DNA of 64,000 nt. Origin: Lingula anatina. Its lineage: Eukaryota; Animalia; Brachiopoda. Positions 37,119-50,366 of this stretch are shown one piece after another. The stretch lies in contig CM120643.1 in NCBI GenBank assembly GCA_051362555.1, positions 29,392,848 to 29,456,847 of the forward strand, read 5' to 3'. The stretch's first letter is position 1. Each line of letters begins with the position of its first letter. Under the pieces are notes generated by a model, which did no database searches, was not told the DNA's origin, and saw only the letters and a list, made by a program, of their open reading frames with translations. A program made the translations under genes and the position numbers.

Positions 37119-40100
37119 TTAGATAACCGTTAGTTTGCATTTGTTTTCTCTCTTTTAGCTCTACAGATAATTTGTCCACTGGATATTGTCAGATATCGCT
37201 CTGGATAATTCTGTGCACCTTTAAGTGCATTTTTGCACATGAATGTTGCACAGAGCGGCCCACCCCGCTAGATTTTGTGGCGCTAACAGCGTAGAAAAGG
37301 CTGATATAATGTAAGGATAATGAAGCAGCGATGAAATGAGGGCATAAAAAGTTGTATTTTGTATTTTCACTTTGTAAACTTTGCACACATGACTTCGCAT
37401 GGTTTGAATCGCATATGAAATCTGAATATAATGGTAATATCTAAATATCGATGTTTTGCAAAAGGCAATGCTATAATTTATATGGAAATAAAACTGTGAT
37501 GAAATGATATTACTTTGTATTGTTCTCTCTCTCTCTCTTGCTTTCCCCAATTGCCAGTACGTCGTGTGGAAATCGTGAAATCGCCGCACCTTTTGATCAT
37601 TGGAATTTTGACCAGTCTCTGGACCACCGGTGATAGTGGTTTGGAACTGAATTATTGGATAAAACGTGAGCTCCTTTATGAAAAATTACCACACGTTACT
37701 GCTTAAAAGAATGTCTATACATAAAGGAAGTTATGGTGTATTAGTTCATTGATGTTGAGCACCTTCGGAAACTAGTTGCAGCGCGGCTAAAAACCTCAGT
37801 AAACAAAGAAACGAGACAGTCTATACTGTGATTTCAATATATAAATATAACGTATAAAAACATGTAAGGTAAATAGAAATAAATAACTCGATTTCAAAAA
37901 AAGGAACTTTGTAACCCCCAGTTAAAAACGTTTATTGCCACTCTTTCATATCCGCTAACATTTCAAACTCTCACCTTTACAAACCCCGAGTTTTTTCTGC
38001 GCAAATTCGGTGCATTAGCAGCAATGTCCAACAACTTTTATCTCAATTTCATCATTTTATCTCTTAATGTCAGATAATGCCAAATAATGTCAGAGTTAAA
38101 CAGTTGGCTGCTACCCCAATTTGCATTTTCACATCTTTCCACTCAGTCTTACGTCTAGACCTAGCCATTAGACTGGGGTTTATCAAATCCTGCTTCAAGC
38201 AAATTAATGACGAAAAAAAGGTACCTGGTCCCGGTTTCACAAAACAAACTTCAGTCAGGTTCCCTGGCTAAGAACTTAATTACCAAGGTTACATGGTCAC
38301 ATGGGCACACCTTACCCTATCATGAGCAGTGTAACAGCATCCTGATCGAAATCCTAGTCAACTATGCCAGGGAACTGACTTAAGTTTCTTTATTTTATTA
38401 TTATTATTACTTTTTTTGGCTAATTCACTTGCTATCTCATGCACAGTCAACGTGGCCTTTACAACTCCAGCAAATTCATGAAATACCTCTTTGAACTTCA
38501 GATGCTTTACGGCTAAACCCATAGCATGAAAAATGAAATGGCTACCTGACATTGTAGTATATGCAGACATCTCCGTGCTGATAGAGCTGTCCTCCATATG
38601 AGAAGTCAAATAAGATATGAGGGAGATGCGTTTTGGAAAGTTATCTGATGATGTTTTATGTCGTATTATAATCCATAACCACAGATTATAAACCTATAAA
38701 AATAAACCAATGGAAGTGTTCTACTCATACATGCTGGGTATAATGAGACACAATATCTACACCTTCTTACATGAGTTTCTTTATTTCACCCTAAAACACT
38801 GGTGCCCATGTTTGGCAAAACAGCTGTATTGTGAAAATAAGGCAGACATGTTGTAAGCTCTAGTCTCTCTCATATACGAGCAGTTTATGCAAAACAATAT
38901 TTGGCTTGCTCTCTGGAAGAATAAAATATACTCGTACGTATATAACGTAGTTAATAAGCTGGACATCAAAGAAAGCTTTTCTCTTGAAAATGATGCAGAA
39001 AACACTGGTAGTTACAAAGCAATATGAATTCATAGTTACACATTATAGAACGTTTACTTTTGAATTTTTATTTGATGATGCAAACTTTTTGAAAGTAATC
39101 AATTGAGAGCGCCATACTCCAAATGACAGAGGAGGCAAATGGAATAGAATATCGAAAACTCACATCATGATTTTCTTTATTTCACCCTTAAACATTCTTA
39201 TCCTTGTTTAGAGAAACGGCAGAACTGCGGATAATATTATCTTTGAAAAACCCTTCGATGATATCTCATTTGAAAAGCCATGCGATCGTGAATATGTGTT
39301 AACCATCACCCCGTCCTGCTAGTATCAACCATGAGGTGTAACAGAACTCGAGATGTCTGTTACGACAACATGGTTCTGATCTAGTTTTTTTTTCCTATTG
39401 GAGAACTGGTGCCGAATTGATTGTACTAGAGAGACTTCAAATCGTCCAGTTAATGCCAAATTTTGTTGTTTGTGCTTGGGGAAACATTTACGCAGAGACA
39501 ACATTTGTGTTAAATAAGTGGGCAAAATACACTTGTCATTTCACACCATGGCATATGCCTGAACAAAATATTTAATTCTGTTTCTACTTACATGGTAAAA
39601 TAGTATATTTCAGATAGATAATACAAGCCAGCGCTTTTTATCACGTGCATGTGTACCGCTGCATGACAGCTGATGATACAAAGCATGGTATCATTGATAC
39701 AGAATGGAAATTTCCACCCAAACCTAGCAAAAGGGACACAGGGCACATTTGAGGGTTTGGTATTTTCAAAATGAACTTCCAGTTTCTGTATTTTGATAAG
39801 GAAATCATTAGTTGGGCATGTTTTCTGAAGTATATGCATCGTTTAAGCCATTCCGATAGTCTTCAAGTGATCAAAGACCCGACAGTGCTAGTTGGAAATG
39901 TACGACTCTGTTTGTCTTTTGAACTATTGGTTCTGTATTGTGGCTTTTGGCTCATTCTTAAGCGCACTGAATGATGCAACGTTTCCTTCAAGGTATTTTT
40001 TTATAACTTAAGACGTTGGTGCTGTAACAAGTTTAGGAGCATAAATGACGGCGTAAATTGGATGAGGACTGACTTATAAGCAGTAATTTCAAATCAAGTG

Positions 40101-40307
40101 ACGGACTTTTAATGCTTTTCTTTTAAAACTACCCAAAGTTTTCATTCCCTACCAAAATTTGAATAAAAACATCAACACAAATGCAATGCAATTCCGTTTA
40201 ATTAAAGAATGGGCGTTTCTCTTATCTCACTTTCAATCTTAAAATCGGAAACAAATTTCAATTCTTTTCTTTTCTTTCTCAGCCCTTTCATCTTGTCTCA
40301 GTGTCAA

Positions 40308-42200
40308 TTAACGCTGTGGTTCCTGACCATATCTGAAAACAAAACAAAACTTTATATATTAAAATATATATTTCAAGACACATAAATGGAAGGATCGAGC
40401 CAAGTTGAAAATGGCAAGCCCAATTCATTTTGCAAAACTGTGACTTAAAATTAAAAACGATTTTTGAATCTATGAAGAAATACTAAGTTGTTAACACTGA
40501 TTTTTCTTTTTCCCTTTGGAAAGGAGAGGGTGGACATCCTTTTAGTTACTGTAGCAAAAGTATCAAATTTGCCAGGCAAAACGGAAGTGGCATGTAATAT
40601 TTTTTTGGAAATATGTTTATGTTTAATTCATATCTGCATGAAATCATGTCATGAAATCATTGCACATAACTTTGGCTTGATAACTATGGTAACCTGTTTT
40701 GAATATAAAACCTATCCCCAAACAATTAAATAGGCGCCATGATTCATCATGGGTTAAAAAGCCTGACTCCTAGATAGTGTACTCAACAACCTGTGCATGT
40801 TACAGTGCAATCAGGAAATAATAATGCACATTGTGAAATCATTCACACCTAATGCCAACGATGTAGTTACGCTAAATATACGCCGCTTAAATGAAGTCAT
40901 GTAGAAAACTTCGTTTTGTTTACTCCTCACCCGTCTGCGTCAACATCTTTATTTCTGTGAGCATCTTCCACTGATCTTTTATTAGTGCAGTCACATTTAG
41001 CAAGCCACCCAACAGTGCCGTTATTGATGATCTTGCTAAAATGTTAAGATATACATAATTAATTATTTGAATTTTAGCAATTAAAAAATAGAGGATACAA
41101 ATACACAGTTTATGATGCGTTCGTAATGAATGACAGAAAGAGGTACCCAAAGACAATGAAAATATTTCAGGTTTATCTTTATAAAACCTTAGCATTCGAG
41201 TCAGTTTGAATACTGTAACAAGACGTGTATGGACGCCACAGTGGTACCATTTCTACAAAAGCTATGTTAATACATTATGCATACACGTATTATTGCACTG
41301 TGTCATTAATCTAAACAAAAGATTATTCAATATAAAATATTTGGGTAAAGTGAGATGGAAATACACCAATCTTCATAAACCAAATTTAAAACAAACAGGC
41401 AAATACCTGTAGCTGCCGAGTTTATAACCGCAGTCCTTTCGGCATCCACCTTTGCAAGCACAGCCGAATATATTGCATGACCCGTATCCACAGTACGGAG
41501 TTTTCTAAAATGCAATGTATGTATTCAAAAGACAAAATCAAATCCCAACATCCTCAAAGTCGCGATCGACAAAGTTGGCGTTATGCGGCATAACTATATT
41601 GACAAAGACTAGCATTTGTATTTAGAGTGCCAAGCGAGAGAGATTTAGTTTTCTTTCAATAAAAAATGGCTCAATTTAGGAACTGATCATAGCTTTCTTT
41701 TATTATTTTGAATTCTCTGCTAAAAAAATTCCCGATATTACTATGACCTACCAACTGTCTTTTGTAATAAATTGTTATATTTATTGGGGGGGGGGGGGGG
41801 GGGGGAACATACATGTAGTTTACTATCATTTCACAATATTTTCATTTATGATGATTTACATGGCGTTTTTGAGAAATGTGAATATTATGTATCCTGTCAC
41901 AAATTAATCAAAATAAGTTGAGGGGATTCAGACAGAGAGGAGGGAAACAACTTTTTATTTTTTTTCCTCGAAATAACAATAGGGAGAAATAAGTCAAATT
42001 AAAGTCATTTCCTTCTTGTGCAACTTTGGCCACTTTATATTTTTCTGTATCATTAATAATAAATAATTATATCTTACTTTTGTGCAATCCTTACAGAATG
42101 CTGAGCGTGATAACGAATAACAGCAATCTGCTTGGGTTTCCCTCAGAACACTGCCTGTCAAAATGACTGCAATCAGTAGGACACCAAGATAACCGGCCAT
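40308..42200 (-). CDS. Mytimycin/Diedel-like secreted cysteine-rich peptide precursor, copy A (116 aa)
   Basis: Coding exons 42200-42078, 41504-41407, 41035-40931 and 40332-40308, all GT-AG and phase-compatible: MAGYLGVLLIAVILTGSVLRETQA-DCCYSLSRSAFCKDCTKKTPYCGYGSCNIFGCACKGGCRKDCGYKLGSYSKIINNGTVGWLAKCDCTN-KR-SVEDAHRNKDVDADGYGQEPQR*. The last exon is the least certain. ATTAAA at 40202-40197. Confidence 0.85.
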
Positions 42201-42680
42201 GTTCTGAATTCCTGAAAAAAGTTATTACATATCAATGCTGAAAATCAATAATAAATAGAACATAACACGGAACTGTGTAAGTGATATCTTGCAAGCTTCT
42301 GAGTTTATCTTCTAGTTGTTGGTGAAATGCTCATTGCAGTGCTATTCTGTCTTGAGATCTGCATAATGGTAGGTCAGAATGTGGGTGAAATTTTATAGAA
42401 AATGACTACAATGCCAAACACAGAATGTTATGTAAGGACAAGCTTAGAATGTCTGCTTAAGCAAGCCATGTGCGCGTCTTTTTTGTTAACTCCTTCACAG
42501 GCGGATCCAATCTATCCAACCCACCACCAAACCCCCGTGCATGTTGCCGAATTTTTGTACAATTAACTTCCGATATACATTTCTACTTTTTCGTTTTTTC
42601 TCGAAAACGTCATAGGATCGGTATAAATCTGTTATTTTACCAAAGAATAAGACATATCCATTTTAAACTCCTGGTACCGG

Positions 42681-44652
42681 TGTCAAGCAACACAGAGTCC
42701 TACCATTCTAGGGTCCGGCGGACCCGGTGTTTTAAAACTGAGAGTCCGGCGGACTCCCTGTCTCGAAATAACGGGTCCCGGACTCTATGTTCTGAAATGT
42801 AGAGTCCCCCTAGACACTCTATTTCAGTACGGAAAGTCCTAGGACCCTACGTTTTAATACTGAAAGTCCGCATTGAAGAGCAATAATGAAATGTCACACT
42901 TAAAACATAATGTTAACTGATACGGAGGGAAGAATTATAAGGATTAAAGGTAAAATAAACATTCTTAACCTCTGTTAAAGTGTAACGCGTAGCATAAATG
43001 AGCATTGTTCGCATTTCATAATCTAATTTGCAGGATTATCTTTTGTATGCAATTGAGAAAGAACATCACTTAAGAAATATAAATTTATTCAGAATACATA
43101 AGTTCCCTTGGTGAACTTCCTGATTTTACAAAAAAAGTTTATTTTATTAATCAGTATAGTAATTGTTTTTTCTCCTCAATGTCATTTTCTCTTTGTCGTG
43201 CATTTCTTGTAACAAGGCAGTTTTCTTATCTTCGCTTTCTACTACTTTCCTCCATCTCCCCTTCTTCCTCTCTTCATTTCCACTCTCTACTCCAACTGCA
43301 TGTATCTTTCTTACAGCTCTGTAATATAAGCAGCAGCTTTCGAGCTAAAACAGAAATATAAATATGTACCTTAAATGTACGTGTAAGTTTCGCTTTTATT
43401 AAACAGTCTTGAAGTTAAACGAGTATAAATGTATAAAACTTATAATTAATTTATAATGGTTTGCAGCGCTTCTCCTTATTGCTCTTTTCTGATTGTCGGT
43501 TGTTCGTCTTCTGTGCCTGCCATGTTGTAAATAAGGTCGCACTGCTTGAAAATCCATGCTGACAGAGTAAGACATCGCGAAGAGCTAGCCATTTTATACC
43601 CTGAGAAACATGGAACACATTCCTTTTGGGTTGATTCAATTTTAATTTAGGTTACGCAACTTAAATTAAAACTTTATATAAATTGGTAAACAAAATTAAA
43701 TGAGTACATTTTTAATTACACTCCATAAGCATGTATATTTAATAACTAATTAATTTCGTCAGTTTCCAGAAAATACATATTTTGCACAATTTGGCATTGA
43801 TGCACTGTATAACGCTAGCTGTCACACATTTATGTCACACATTTATGTCATAGCCTAAGTCACGGGTATAGTCTAAATAAAAGGAACTTTTTGCACAATT
43901 TAGCATCGATTCATTGTGTATCACTAGCTTGCACACATGTGCGAGTGGTAATCAAATAAGTCACGCGTGTATATAGTCCAAAGCATCACAATGCAATGGG
44001 ATATGTGTGAAATATTTTAAGTAAGTCCAATTAAAAAAGGCATGGAATGTAATCAAAAGTGAGTATAACACATATCATTGCGGAATGACACACTATAAAT
44101 GGACAATAAGTTAAATATTAAACTATAGATTTAAAAAACAAGAGTGAAAATAGAGGCGTTAAAATGTCAACTCTAGTGTGGGACTCGAACCAACATATTG
44201 TTTAATTTCTGCATACTTCGTTGTCATTGGATACCATAGTAGGCTTATCACCCGTATCGCTGTCCACTACACCACCAGGTCGTTGTGCAAACCACCGCCG
44301 TTTTGTTATATTACATTTACTTGCATCAAGGGTTTGCTTTTTTATAATTCTGTTATACCCAGATTGTCAATATAAAGCGCTTTTACTAAATATCTACTAT
44401 TCTACAGTAGGACCCTAGCTTTTAGACCAAGTTCTTCTGTATGACGGGTGGACTCTGTGTTTCGTGATAGCTGTCATGAAACGTAGGGTCCGGTTAAATG
44501 CAGGGTCCAGGGGACCCTGTATATTATATTCAATTATCATGATACAGAGTCCTGGACTCGTTATTTCAGAAACCAGGGGTCCTACGGACCCCTGGTTTCT
44601 GAGATAACGGGTCCCGGACTTTCTGTCATGGGGGACCTTCTGGTACATGACA
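42681..44652 (-). mobile_element. Ginger1-like DNA transposon derivative in intron 1 of copy A
   Basis: TGTCA...TGACA termini and CCGG target duplication (42677-42680, 44653-44656), with empty sites in copies B and C. Imperfect TIRs of about 190 bp are rich in GGGTCC/GGACCC palindromes. Degenerate GIN1-like peptides at 43557-43445 and about 43275-43190. Confidence 0.8.
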
Positions 44653-45408
44653 CCGGCTTCTCAAAGTAGCAAAATATTCAAATGTCAATACGACCTGGGC
44701 AAACGGTTAAACAAACCTGCATTATGTAACAGACAAATAATACGTTCGATTTAACGAATCACACTCACTTCAACCAAAAAAATATTCTGTCAAATACATG
44801 GCCCTTTTAATTGGTAAATAGTGTTTAAATATTATTTCATTTTCTCTGAAATTTATTTTTATTTGACATATAATGCATTATCTTACACGTAAAAACACCG
44901 CAGATCAAGCTTTTGAAAATCAGCTGAGATTTACTCAAATAAGCAAAAATGATAAACGGATTTAATCAAGACTGAGAACTGATGGTGGTACTGCTAAATG
45001 CAAGTCTTAAATTCATACCGGTAGAAACAAATAACATTTAAGTTTGCTATCTGAGAGAGAGAGAGAATATTTCAAATATTATTTGGCGATTCTCTTTAAC
45101 TCAAAAGTCTTTCGCCTCAAGGCAGGTCGACTCAGCATAAATGTGGCCATAGATATTTTCAAATATGGAGTGCAGCAGTTTATGATAGGGAGAAGAGGGT
45201 GTTTCCTGAAATTCGAGAACCAATTCTAAGAGAAATTATTTTTTGAAGTTATATACATTTTGAAGATAACGTTCTAAACTAAGTCTCGTCTTTGGAGTCA
45301 AATAACGCGGAGAAGGAGCCACAATCATAACATCATAACATCCTATGTTGTACGTAGAGAAAAAAGCACTAGCAAATTATAATCACGAAGTCAAGAAAAT
45401 ATACTCAC

Positions 45409-45503
45409 TGGATCCTTGTAAAGCACGCGAGGAAGATGGAGATAGTTGCTAGGTACGAGCTCCTGGACTCGAATGATCACCAATGAATGTGTCAGCCTTA
45501 TAT
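45409..45503 (-). promoter_or_regulatory. TATA box, Inr and non-coding exon 1 of peptide gene copy A
   Basis: ATATAAG starting at 45503, Inr TCATTC at 45476-45471 about 28 nt downstream, and donor GTGAGT at 45408-45403. The exon 2 acceptor lies 11 nt before the ATG. Conserved in all three copies. Confidence 0.7.
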
Positions 45504-47674
45504 CACACCTACTGCAAAAGGAATCAACGATATTGCTTTGTCAATCACAAAAATGAAAAACATACTGGTAATTACCAATCACTTCAAAGTCTCACTTCAT
45601 CGAAGTGGAAGTGATGGGGTCTTTTTGATCTCTGTGTGCTATCCTTAACGGCTCAGACACTCAATAAAGCTTTATCTTTATCGAAGCAGCTGCTAATTTC
45701 TTGAATAATCAGACACAATATCTAGACATTCTTACATAATTTTTGTTATTTCATCCTTACGTGTACATGTGGAGCTGTATTGAGAAAATAAGAAAACGTA
45801 TAGGAAACTCTAGTCATTGTAATATATGTACAGCAGTATATAGATGTGAAATCAATATTTGGCTTGCCTTCTGTGACGAGAAAAAAATATACGGGTAAGC
45901 AGTGAATAAGCACTCTAAAGTTGTTCATCAAAGAAAGTTATCCTTTTGAAAATAATACAGAAAAAATGGCTAGTTACAAAGCCCTTCAATGTTCGACATT
46001 AAAGGATATTTTTCTTTTGAATTTTTATTTGATGATACAAACTTTGTAAAAGTAAACCCATGACATCCCCATACGCCATACGGCAGAAGGGCAAAATTAA
46101 ATTAAATGTTGGGAACTCTCAACACGATGTTCTTCACTGCACCCTAAAACATTCATATCTTTGATAAAAGGAACATCAAACTGTAGAAATAGAATAGACA
46201 TACCTTTGGTGATATCTTATTTCAAAACCCATGCGATGGTGAATATCGGTTTACCTTCACCGTCCTGTCAGCATTAATCATAACGTTAAATGGAACTCGT
46301 CACCTCTGTCAGGACAACATGGCGCTGATCGAGTTTCATTCGTACAGTATTGAACTTCTGGTGCCGTCGTCATTGTGCAAGAGGGATTCTTAATTGTCCA
46401 TTTATTGTTAAATTATGTTGTGTTTGGAGAAACTTTAGTATAGAAACATAATTTTTCCTAATGATGCTATTTTAAACTGATCAATTTGAACATAATATAA
46501 CTGAAAGCAAACCTGTACAGCTTTTTACGTGCAAGGTGTTGTGATACAGGCTTACAGCACTATCAGCTTCTGAATCTCCCTTTGAACATCCGTCAAATCC
46601 CAGGCAGTGAGGGCCGTAGTCATCCCCCACTCCCCAGAAAGGGCGGTTTCCCCACAATTTTTTTTGGTAGAAATATTTTAGATCTGTCAGGAGTCTATTC
46701 TAGACGATGATGTAAACACGTATATCCTCCATAATACAATGCGGGGATCTTTATAAAGGATGCTACTCGCGGTAGGTGTCTACTTACTTTAGTGACATTA
46801 TACCAGTTTACTTAATTAAGTTAATTGTTGCTGATGCAAAATCCCTGATCACGTCATTGAATATATATATGCCTGTTTTCTAAATTGCGTTATAGGGAAT
46901 GGAAAAATCAATGTTTGAGCTTAGAACACCCCAACAAGCTAATCCTGGTTTTCCTTCAGCTACTGCAGTCCTACATGTAGATGTGCCCCATGATTTTTAT
47001 AAATACCGATGAGGAGTGATGGAGACCAAGGAATTCGGCTTGATAGACCATCGAGATCGTTGGGATAACCCCTTGCATCTTCAAGGGGAACCCGGCGACC
47101 ACTCTATTGCTTGTTTTAACTGAGGCATGAGCCAACCTCTCCAAACAAGACGGAGCTCATAATCTGAACCCCGAAGCCAAATACGATACTCCTGTTGGAC
47201 TTTTATTGGTAGATAACGAATTTTGTTGGGGATGATATGTGAGCATTATTATTATAAAGTTGTTATAGACAATCATAATAATCAGCAATGATGTTCGGGC
47301 ATAATTTACATAAGCAAACCGTAAATTGCATTGTTATTACACCCGGTTAATTGCTGTGACGTGCATGTCCGTTATTTTGTAGACGTCATGGTATAGAAAA
47401 CCTTGTACTTTGTGGGAAAATTGAAGGAAGAAGAAGAGGAAGGCAAAGGACATACATCATATATTGACAGCCTTTATGCCCCCCTCTGCCCCCCTCCAAA
47501 TGTCTACTGTTAATACAGAGTAAACTGGAGGAACATGATCATCGAAGCCTACACCATGCCTGACACTTGATGAAGAAAGATAGGCAAAGTTACATTGTAG
47601 ATTTATCTTTGAATTACTTACATATAGATGGCGGCCTCGACGTTCTCTAATCTTGGTCTCAAAAGCAAACATAA

Positions 47675-48140
47675 CTAGAGGATCAGAGAGGCGATACCGC
47701 CTCCGGGAATTGTACCACCAGCTGGAGTAAGCGCATTCGTATAAAAAAGCAAAAATAAGGAAACCACCTCTAGTGTTGTGCTTGACAGGATCTACAAAAT
47801 GTTTTCTAGAGTTCCAAATATTTTTCATTAAAAATTACAATTTAAAACAAAATCATGGGGAAGAGTAAAGTTTACATCCAAATTTTTCAAGTTCAATAGT
47901 AACTTTGGCATATTTTTGCTAGTTTTGGAGATATAACAGATAGGAAGGTTGTAATTTTCAGCTCGCGATGAAAAGGTCTAAGGTCAATTATAAGGTAATG
48001 GTTAAATTGTCAGTATATGACTTCCTATTCAAGTTCAATAGTAACTATGGGCCTATCTGTGCCAGTTCTTGGGAAATAAGGGACTAAAATGTTCAAAACT
48101 TCAGTTCATGGTGAAAAGTAGGTCAATTTCAAAGTCACAG
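47675..48140 (-). mobile_element. 3'-end fragment of the Helentron-type element at the A/B junction
   Basis: CTAG end, GAGGCG-ATAC-CGCCTC palindrome, subTIR TTGTACCACCAGC and about two diverged satellite units. Confidence 0.85.
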
Positions 48141-48612
48141 TATGCATCGTTTAGGCCATTATGACAGTCTTCAAGTGATTAAAGAGCCGATTGTGCTAGG
48201 TGGGAATGTACGACTGTTTGTCTTTTGAACTGTTGGTTTTGTATTGTGACTTTTGGCTCATTCTTAAGTGCACTGAATGATGTAACGTTTCCTTCAAGGT
48301 ATTTTTTTATTACCTAAGACTTTGGTGCTGTAACAAGTTTGTGAGCAAAAATGACGGCGTAAATTGGATGAGGACTGACTTATAAGCAGTAATTTCAAAT
48401 CAAGCGACGGGCTTCTAATGCTTTTCTTTTAAAACTACCCAAAGTTTTCATTCCCTACCAAAATTTGAATAAAAACATCAACACAAATGCAATGCAATTC
48501 CGTTTAATTAAAGAATGGGCGTTTCTCTTATCTCACTTTCAATCTTAAAATCGAAACAAATGTCAATCCAGTCCTCTTCTCTCTCAGCCCTTTCATCTTG
48601 TCTCAGTGTCAA

Positions 48613-50366
48613 TTAACCCTGTGGTTCCTGACCATATCTGAAAACAAAACAAATCTTAATATATATTTCAAGAGAGGAAGGATCAAGCCAAGTTGAAAAT
48701 GGCAAGCCCAATTCATTTTGCAAAACAATTACTTAAAATTAAAAACGATTTTGAATCTATGAAGAAATGCTAAGTTGTTTTAAAACACTGATTTTTCTTT
48801 TTCCCTTTGGAAAGGAGAGGGTGGGCATCCCTTTAGCAACTGTAGCAAAAGTAATCAAATTTGACAGGCAAAATGGAAGTGGCATGTAATACGTTTTTAC
48901 AAAATGTGTTTATGTTTAATTCATATCTGCATGAAAACATGTCATGAAATCATTGCGCATAGTTCTAGCTTGATAACATTGGCAATCTGTTGAATATGAA
49001 ACATACCTCCCAAACAAATAGATCGGCGCCATGATTTATAAACAAAAGCCTGACTCCTAGATAGTGTACTCAACAACCTGTGCATTTTACGTTGCAATCA
49101 GGAAATAATCATGCATACACGTTCTAAAATCATTCACCCATAATGCCAACGATATTGTTACGCTAAATATACGCCGCTTAAATGAAGCCATGTAGTAATG
49201 TTTACTCCTTACCTGTCTGCATCAACATCTTTATTTCTGTGAGCATCTTCCACTGATCTTTTATTAGTGCAGTCACATTTAGCAAGCCACCCAACAGTGC
49301 CGTTATTGAGGATCTTGCTAAAATGTTAAGATATACATAATTAATCATTTGAATTTTAGCAATTAAAAAATAGAGGATACAAATACACAGTTTATGATGC
49401 GTTCGTAATGAATGACAGAAAGAGGTACCCAAAGACAATGAAAATATTTCAGGTTTATCTTTATAAAACCTTAGCATTCGAGTCAGTTTGAATACTGTAA
49501 CAAGACGTGTATGGACGTCACAGTGGTACCAATTCTACAAAAGCTATATTAATACATTATGCATACACGTATTACTGCACTGTGTCATTAATCTAAACAA
49601 AAGATTATTCAATATAAAATATTTGGGTAAAGTGAGATGGAAATACACCAATCTTCATAAACCAAATTTAAAACAAACAGGCAAATACCTGTAGCTGCCG
49701 AGTTTATAACCACAGTCCTTTCGGCATCCATCTTTGCAAGCACAGCCGAATATATTGCATGACCCGTATCCACAGTACGGAGTTTTCTAAAATTCAGTGT
49801 ATGTATTCAAAAGACAAATTCAAATCCCAACATCCTCAAAATCATAGCTTTCTTTCGTTATTTTGAATTCTCTGCTAAAAAAAATCCCGATATTACTATG
49901 ACCTACCAACTGTCTTTTGTAATAAATTGTTATATTTATTTGGGGGGGGGGGGGGGGGGCTTGGAACATACATGTAGTTTACTATCATTTCACAATATTT
50001 TCATTTATGATGATTTACATGGCGTTTTTGAGAAATGTGAATATTATGTATCCTGTCACAAACCTGCTATTAATCAAAATAAGTTGAGGGGATTCAGACG
50101 GAGAGGAGGGAAACAACTTTTTATTTTTTTTCCTCGAAATAACAATAGGGAGAAATAAGTCAAATTAAAGTCATTTCCTTCTTGTGCAACTTTGGCCACT
50201 TTATATTTTTCTGTATCATTAATAATAAATAATTATATCTTACTTTTGTGCAATCCTTACAGAATGCTGAGCGTGATAACGAATAACAGCAATCTGCTTG
50301 GGTTTCCCTCAGAACACTGCCTGTCAAAATGACTGCAATCAGTAGGACACCAAGATAACCGGCCAT
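48613..50366 (-). CDS. Mytimycin/Diedel-like peptide precursor, copy B
   Basis: Exons 50366-50244, 49786-49689, 49317-49213 and 48637-48613. Differs from copy A by KGGC>KDGC, KIIN>KILN and the tail DADRYGQEPQG*. Confidence 0.85.

Noticed and set aside
40920-41195. 91-aa ORF repeated in all three units (also 49202-49477 and 55430-55729)
   Set aside because: It overlaps peptide exon 4 in a different frame, and its conservation reflects the recent duplication.
44170-44200. tRNA B-box-like GGTTCGAGTCCCAC on the - strand
   Set aside because: No A-box or cloverleaf could be built; at most a SINE remnant inside the Ginger-like element.
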